From NCBI GenBank assembly GCA_048938025.1, contig JBHLMP010000024.1, forward strand, positions 1 through 55,812: 55,812 nt of DNA. Reading direction: 5' to 3'. The DNA is from Promethearchaeota archaeon. Lineage in GTDB: Archaea > Asgardarchaeota > Lokiarchaeia > Sigyniarchaeales > SOKP01. Below, piece by piece: positions 50,801 to 55,812 of this stretch (the first letter of the stretch is position 1; every line of letters starts with the position of its first letter). Made by a program: the position numbers and the translations under genes. The notes under the pieces were generated by a model. That model saw only the letters and a program-made list of their open reading frames with translations. It was not told where the DNA came from and ran no database searches.

Positions 50801-51411
50801 GTATATGAAGCTTGAAAACCAGTATTTCCATCTTTATCATCAATAAATACATAATCATAATAATCTTCCATTGAGTAATTCATAAAGTGAGCTCGCATCG
50901 CAATTGCTCCTGTATGGCTTATTGGATCCAAACTATTACCCTTATCTCTATTATTTCGATATTCACCAGCTACACGATCATTTTCATGTGTTTCATTAAC
51001 TCTATATATATTTAACCCTATACTTTGAAAATCACTATCTTCAACCCATTCTCTTGTATCTCGAACATTTGTAATGGTATTTTGAATTTTTGAGATTTTC
51101 CAATCATGTACATCGTCTAAATAATAAGTTAAATTAATTTCTTCTTGATTTGTTAATGAAATTTCTTGGTTAGATTCATATAAATTACCTTTATCAGTAA
51201 TATTTAAGGATACTTCATTTCCTTGGAATAAATATGGACTTGAATCTGCACTTCTCAGATCTAATGCGATATTATCATCTTTATGATAATTAATAAAATG
51301 ATTAGAAGATGCGCTTATAGGTATTATAAATATGACAATAATGAAAACTGCTACGATTACCTTCTTGTTAAACTTACATTTATAGTATGATTTAGACAAA
51401 AAAATCCCCAT
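47872..51411 (-). CDS. Large receptor-like protein: extracellular beta-rich region (CUB-like, Ig-like), TM, cytoplasmic longin-like domain
   Basis: N-terminal signal/TM; E..YDYV.I...TDG...GY (CUB-like); N-x-S/T-rich ectodomain; TM followed by PRKRRK; IQAIVVIHKLSGIPI...FSGFIQAI. Confidence 0.7.
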   Translation of the reverse strand: MGIFLSKSYYKCKFNKKVIVAVFIIVIFIIPISASSNHFINYHKDDNIALDLRSADSSPYLFQGNEVSLNITDKGNLYESNQEISLTNQEEINLTYYLDDVHDWKISKIQNTITNVRDTREWVEDSDFQSIGLNIYRVNETHENDRVAGEYRNNRDKGNSLDPISHTGAIAMRAHFMNYSMEDYYDYVFIDDKDGNTGFQASYTKLTPFFSPWIPGDTLDVYLITDGVVNDYGYYIDFYEFVNGTIDTNPWGYDDIAYSQYIHGSTLLGNNSAMYVGMYADLLGDAVEGYFPTYYDDDYVEIYQNLTIPRGSVVDGYISFDYYADYAMAANDFAIYCSINGQEIYSKGFYPIVQAGKYTWQNTGKVNLLFWTNTSNVFNDVIDTQNINISIGIRCLVGWTYSYTPDEFQQVIGFDNLTLGLTTIANSTQDGINLNVNNHDLIDGSVWGSSFLNLTDGWENNPVTLTINTTSPDLAFDLNTILYGYHETTSKINQLNVQGISYQVLENSSIFWEFYHNFYMPAEYSDFEFFIKKPYNWKIISVLDPTLQSRTFEGGDIVDNYLKINTSNAIYPGWWKFRASSPNYLNMTNTKISRNGQWGFNEFYSGDSIKIKTQVNYTNEIPLNLDQTTINLTIYYPNGTMWYQESKIPLSNGSVIFSEILLTSLNSVGGIYNYTLFWSNGTALGGLKSNFAVIHASYLTILKPDDAKLDNQTGGTVGDIIPLRIYLRDAENDLYISDALVSYNWTTGTEFLVEASLGIYETVLDTADLGGFGLYNIIISTSRVGFINSNLTLRINLGEDSNLQRLESDSKIVIHRNSTIRFFYYSEFDEEGIPGAQVLVNISNPAYYTVQDDSDGYYSIEFSTEFIDDLGIYRLVFDFSAIGFEPQTHIFQFEIINPPETREEPNYLLLGILFASIGIGAIFAALSLRSYVILPRKRRKESELLAETQRFKDIRNIQAIVVIHKLSGIPIFSRSYSILEKHNKELFSGFIQAITTIGEEFAERESTKPKMKESAKGYGSERIMELDFKYFYCLIADLEEVRTVLVLSEKSSERLKSQLRHLLLALNLNLSEQLQSWDGSLEQFEIILPSILNEYFELYYKESFQLNIRDTEFLKMTKDKSLNKMEIRVLNVINSVAKSKENIIHLDTIINLVHEENKDIIIKAIESLIAQKIIIPYNL

Positions 51412-51588
51412 TAATTAAACAAAATATATTTTTATGTAATAAGAAAAAAATATACAAATTTAAATAATTGCGATAGTAAAAAGCAGAAATTTTTTACAAT
51501 TTTGAACCTCTTATTAGATTTTTAAATATAATCTTATTGTTATTTAAGTAAAAGTAGCTAATTTAAACATTAGAGCTTAATTAATAAA

Positions 51589-51903
51589 TTAGTTTGGTAA
51601 AAATTCATTTTTTAATTCTGCTATGAAAATTTTTCTTTCTTCTTTAGATATATTATGAGCATCTTCTCCACAATTATTATAAATATCAGGTGGTTTATCC
51701 TCAAACAAGGAGATTAATAAAAGAAGTGCGTTTGTGACTAAAGTTCTATTTCTGGTACGTTTAAAAAATTCCATTAATTCAATTAGAGCCTTACTTCTCC
51801 AAATCTCCGCTTTTCTATATTCAATATTTCCTTTTTGAAAGTAGTCAATTATTCTAATATAATAGTTTAACTCAAAATCTATGTCATTATTAATTAAACT
51901 CAT
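51589..51903 (-). CDS. Hypothetical protein
   Basis: 104-aa ATG ORF filling an intergenic gap. Confidence 0.6.
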   Translation of the reverse strand: MSLINNDIDFELNYYIRIIDYFQKGNIEYRKAEIWRSKALIELMEFFKRTRNRTLVTNALLLLISLFEDKPPDIYNNCGEDAHNISKEERKIFIAELKNEFLPN

Positions 51904-52231
51904 CTTTCTTTACTTATTCGTTCTTAGCTAATTATTTAAACTTAGAAATTATTTTTAAATTAATATCTTTTTATTCTTATATGTTATATCATTCCGCACA
52001 TTTTTGTTTCTTCGCGGAATTAAAATTCAATTCAACTAAATTAATATTTGTGTGCAAAAATTTTACAATTTTTAGTTATTAAATTTCTTGCCTATTTTAT
52101 TTTCTATTATGATACGTAGATATCATATATATACGATAATTATGAAGAGAAACAGTAAAAAACGACTTAATTAACTAACTTATATTATTAAATAATTTGA
52201 ATTTTATAGTATGGTTAATTACTAAGAAAAA

Positions 52232-52858
52232 ATGGAAACCTTACTGGAAACTGTAGATCAATTAAAAAAGTGTGAAGTAGAGGCATTAATAAAAACACGT
52301 ATCAATGAATTCAGTGATATCAAACAAGGTTCTATTAATGATATTTTTAAAGAATTATGCTTCTGTATAATGACTGCTAACTGTGGAGCTGAAAAATGCA
52401 TTGAAATTCATGAAAAAATCGATAAGGAATTCTTAAATCTAACTCAACCACAGTTAGCAGAGAGATTTAAAGATTTAGGTTATCGATTTCCAAATGCACG
52501 ATCAGAATTTATCGTAGATGCCAGAAAGAAAATAAAGAATCTCAATAAGGCAATCAAATTAAATAATGATGAATTTGAACTAAGAGAATGGCTTGTTAAA
52601 AATATAAAAGGAATTGGATATAAAGAAGGAAGTCATTTTCTTAGAAATATTGGCTATAAAAATCTAGCAATTGTAGATTTCCATATTTTAGATCTCTTAG
52701 TTCAACATGAATTAATTAAAAAACCAAAAGTATTAACTAAAAAAATATATCTTGATATTGAAAATTTATTAAAAAGAATAGCAGAAGAATTAAACTTAAA
52801 TTTAGCTGAATTAGATTTGTATCTATGGTATTTAGAAACAGGTAAAATACTTAAATAA
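52232..52858 (+). CDS. ogg: 8-oxoguanine DNA glycosylase/AP lyase
   Basis: ELCFCI.TAN, GYRFPN.R, KGIGYKE.SHFLRN.G, AIVDFHI, LDLYLWY.ETGKILK. Confidence 0.95.
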   Translation: METLLETVDQLKKCEVEALIKTRINEFSDIKQGSINDIFKELCFCIMTANCGAEKCIEIHEKIDKEFLNLTQPQLAERFKDLGYRFPNARSEFIVDARKKIKNLNKAIKLNNDEFELREWLVKNIKGIGYKEGSHFLRNIGYKNLAIVDFHILDLLVQHELIKKPKVLTKKIYLDIENLLKRIAEELNLNLAELDLYLWYLETGKILK

Positions 52859-52907
52859 TCTAATTGGGCTTAATTTAAAAAAAGATAAAATAAGAAAATT
52901 TATTTAA

Positions 52908-53171
52908 TTATTCTTCAAGATCAATAGTCAAAAATTCTTCATCAGAATTTTTCAACTTTTTCATTAACTGTCTTGCACCATAATCATTAAGTAATAGTTC
53001 TAATAAGTTTTTATAGAGAGCTTCAAGATTATCCAAACCCATTTTACAAAAAGCATCATCTTCACATGAAATTTTTAAGATTTGGTATAATCCTCTTATG
53101 GATTCCTTGATGTTTTCGAAATTTTTGTCCGCTTTGTTTTGCTGGTTTACTACAAAATTTATATTTTCCAT
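52908..53171 (-). CDS. Small helical hypothetical protein
   Basis: GAGGTGA SD upstream of ATG 53171; 87 aa. Confidence 0.65.
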   Translation of the reverse strand: MENINFVVNQQNKADKNFENIKESIRGLYQILKISCEDDAFCKMGLDNLEALYKNLLELLLNDYGARQLMKKLKNSDEEFLTIDLEE

Positions 53172-53217
53172 TTTTTGTATCACCTCAAGTAATGATAATT
53201 AACATGAATATTTAAAT

Positions 53218-53586
53218 ATGATCATTTCTATGATCATTCCACGATGGATCATTTGTGGGAATCGACGGAAAATATACATAAAGAGTCGCATATTGTTGAA
53301 GACCATAAAGAGAAATATCTCTAATTCTAATAATTGTGAATTATTAGTTATTATGATCACTGATTATGATCATTATATCAGTTGTTAATCAGAAAGAAAA
53401 TGTTAGATTTGGGTAATCGTCAAGAATAAATAATAAAGGTCACTGATTATGATCATTATATCAGTTGTTAATCAGAAAGAAAATGTTAGATTTGGGTAAT
53501 CGTCAAGAATAAATAATAAAGGTCACTGAAAATGATCATTATTTCCCATTTGGATCACTAAAATATTTAAGATTTACCAAATGATC
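53218..53586. promoter_or_regulatory. Array of ATGATCAT/GATC palindromes
   Basis: ATGATCAT at 53218, 53230, 53366, 53449, 53532; further GATC at 53247, 53355, 53553, 53583. Confidence 0.55.
53357..53529. repeat. Exact 83-bp tandem duplication plus partial third unit
   Basis: Units start at 53357, 53440 and 53523 (TCACTGA...). Confidence 0.95.
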
Positions 53587-53650
53587 TAAATTCGAACTAA
53601 GATTCTTAAAAATAAGTGATTTTAAACTAAATAAAAAAAAAAAATTAAGA

Positions 53651-54364
53651 TTAAAATTTGTGACCGCAAGCTGAACAAAATGTTGAATCTGCTTGTTCAA
53701 TTTTTGTCCCACATTCAGGGCAAAAACGCACAACCTTAGCTTCTTCAGTAACTGGAGTTGGAGTAGGAGCAGGTCTTTCAGCCACAGGAACTGGTTTTTC
53801 TACTTTAGGGGCAGCTTTTGGTTTGCCAATACCTTCTTGTTTACCAATTGATTTACCTATAATTGCTCCTAAAAGTGCTAATCCTCCTCCAATAAATGGG
53901 GCAATAACTGCGAAACCAGGATTATAATCATAATCGTTCCAAAAACTAATCCATTCGGGGGTATAACCATAGGTTTCAAACTCGTTAAACCAATGAATTG
54001 CAACACCTATCTCTACACCTACTATAAAATAAATTGCTCCTCCAATGAGAAGGATACCTAAAGCAATCCATGAACCAGGAGTTTCTTTTTGTCTATGAGT
54101 AAGGGATGATACGAACAATATAATTGTACATACTGTTAAGAAAATTGTAGCAATAATTCCAGGAATATAATATCCAGCTATGTCAATAAAGTCAGTCTCG
54201 GGACCAGACGGTCCACCAGTAAATACAGCGAAACCATCCATCCAAATAAATTGTGAACCCCCCATTGGGTACGATTTAAATACAGCAGGAGTGAAAAGAC
54301 TAATTGCAGTAAGGATAGCACCAATAAATGGAAATAACCAAATATAATCTTTAGCCTCTGCCAT
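53651..54364 (-). CDS. 4-TM membrane protein with C-terminal zinc ribbon
   Basis: Four TM segments, Pro-rich linker, FCPECG-x9-FCSACG; AAGGTGA SD before ATG 54364. Confidence 0.8.
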   Translation of the reverse strand: MAEAKDYIWLFPFIGAILTAISLFTPAVFKSYPMGGSQFIWMDGFAVFTGGPSGPETDFIDIAGYYIPGIIATIFLTVCTIILFVSSLTHRQKETPGSWIALGILLIGGAIYFIVGVEIGVAIHWFNEFETYGYTPEWISFWNDYDYNPGFAVIAPFIGGGLALLGAIIGKSIGKQEGIGKPKAAPKVEKPVPVAERPAPTPTPVTEEAKVVRFCPECGTKIEQADSTFCSACGHKF

Positions 54365-54733
54365 TATATTCACCTTATTTATTTCATACTTTTATGTTAG
54401 ATCTCTTTAAATTTTTAGATTTGATATATAATATAATACTGTGATATTTAATATTATATTTTTTATCTTTTAGAATTCATTTAAGTCATCTTAATAAGAG
54501 TTAAGAATATATCTGTACAAGTCTTCAATTGAACCAAGTGGTAATATTAATGTTAAGATACTAAACTTTACGACCATAAAAATAAATAATTAAAAAAAGG
54601 AAAGAATTTTAATCTTTGTTCTTCTCTTTATTAGCGAGGGAATTCAAATTTACAACTAGAACAGTAATTTTATTCGCCTAATTTTTTTTGAAATTTATTA
54701 AATTAGATTACTTAAATGGTTTTAATATTAATA

Positions 54734-55417
54734 CTAAAATTTAAAGCCACAACTAGGACAAACGGTTACCCCTTCTTGTTCAATTTTTTGTCCACATTCA
54801 GGGCAAAATTTTAGTGTAGCAGGTTTTTCCTTTACAGGTTCTTTTTCTCCTACTTCTCTTTTAGGCTCGCGTATTCCAGCTTTTTCTTTAAGGTAATAAT
54901 AATATAAACCTACTCCAATAAAAGCTATAGCTGTTCCGATGAATGGAGCTATGATTCCGAAATTTACATCAAACCAATCCCAGAAATCATAGCCTGGAGG
55001 AGTGGTTATTTCACCTATAATTGGCCAATCTGCGCCAATTAACCAAATAATTGGCCCAATTAGAAGTAATAATGCCCCTATCGATGACATTATTATAAGA
55101 TTCATATTATACTGAGTAGATCTCTTACTTAGAACACCTCCTATTATAAGAACTACTATACCAATAGCGATAATTATAGTACTAATAATTGACACTGCTA
55201 ATACCATATTATCTGTTATAAGTCCAAATTCATTTGTAGAGTAAGGTCCATAAGAAGCCGATACTGAAGTTAGTCCCCAAATCCAACAATACCAATCTAT
55301 AGATATATAACCTCCATAACTATAAGTCCAATCAGCTGCTGGTGCTAGAAATGTAATAATTCCAAAAATAGCGCCAACAATTGGAAATACCCAAAGATAG
55401 TCTTTAATATCTGCCAT
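54734..55417 (-). CDS. 4-TM membrane protein with C-terminal zinc ribbon (tandem paralog)
   Basis: KDY.W.FP..GAI and IAPFIG shared with 53651; FCPECG...VCPSCG. Confidence 0.8.
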   Translation of the reverse strand: MADIKDYLWVFPIVGAIFGIITFLAPAADWTYSYGGYISIDWYCWIWGLTSVSASYGPYSTNEFGLITDNMVLAVSIISTIIIAIGIVVLIIGGVLSKRSTQYNMNLIIMSSIGALLLLIGPIIWLIGADWPIIGEITTPPGYDFWDWFDVNFGIIAPFIGTAIAFIGVGLYYYYLKEKAGIREPKREVGEKEPVKEKPATLKFCPECGQKIEQEGVTVCPSCGFKF

Positions 55418-55812
55418 TAAATTCACCTTATTTATCTTTAATTTTTATATTAGATTTCTTAAAATTTCGAAATTTGATAGACAATAAACTACATTTATAT
55501 TTAATTTTATTTATGCTTTTTTAGTTTGATTTACTTTAGCTCAATAAAGATTAAGAATTTAGGTATAGGCATGTAAGATATTAATGGATATTTTATAAGA
55601 TAAAGCAAAATAAAAGGTGGGGTGATAATAGAATTTTTTTTAGGGAAAAATGGATTTTTTCCTATTGTATGTATTTTATGTACTTACTCTGTGGATAATG
55701 TGATTATTAACTTTTTCAGTACATTGTATACTCGATCTTCTCTATATCACCCCTTTTTAAAGGAAATGATATTTTTTCTGCATTAAAATAATAAGACAAA
55801 AGTGTATATAAA

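Noticed and set aside
51991-52020. ATTCCGC-N16-GCGGAAT inverted repeat as an ncRNA or SECIS
   Set aside because: Only 7-bp arms and no adjacent UGA-containing gene; cannot be told from chance.
53357-53542. Possible CRISPR array
   Set aside because: The units are wholly identical with no unique spacers, and there are no cas genes.
473-53733. Short antisense or nested ORFs in the track (e.g. 473-670, 2695-2934, 4903-5301, 6291-6557, 14543-14764, 25493-26185, 33486-33794, 43557-43976, 53539-53733)
   Set aside because: They overlap well-supported genes, have Ser/Phe/Ile-rich shadow composition and show no motifs.

Overview
This very AT-rich window is almost certainly from an Asgard archaeon of Lokiarchaeia type. 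It carries archaeal housekeeping genes (TBP, ppsA, mtrH, Ogg, L13e, UPF0147, archaeosortase) mixed with many eukaryotic-signature proteins. The main finding lies at about 5.4-22.8 kb: a ubiquitin-like conjugation set made of a JAMM protease, E1, E2 and a pro-Ubl ending GG-NYKR. It has no stand-alone RING E3. Instead it is flanked by four paralogous 7-transmembrane proteins that each end in a C4C4 RING-like zinc finger. Two longin-GTPase paralogs with an altered G3 motif are interleaved, one fused to helical repeats and a nitrilase domain. A fingerless 7TM paralog sits upstream of two uDENN-like/Rab fusions. My inference is a membrane receptor-E3 ligase signalling system coupled to GTPases. A second group of Rag-like GTPase/roadblock/uDENN genes lies at 30.9-41.1 kb. 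Other observations: probable ATT/ATA start codons, an unannotated 53-aa ORF with a homologous remnant, a truncated NrdD pseudo-enzyme, an orphan IPGY sorting signal, an interrupted Zn-finger/TM frame, and a GATC-dense region with an 83-bp tandem duplication. I saw no rRNA, tRNA, CRISPR array or transposase. All domain calls come from reading motifs by eye, with no database searches.
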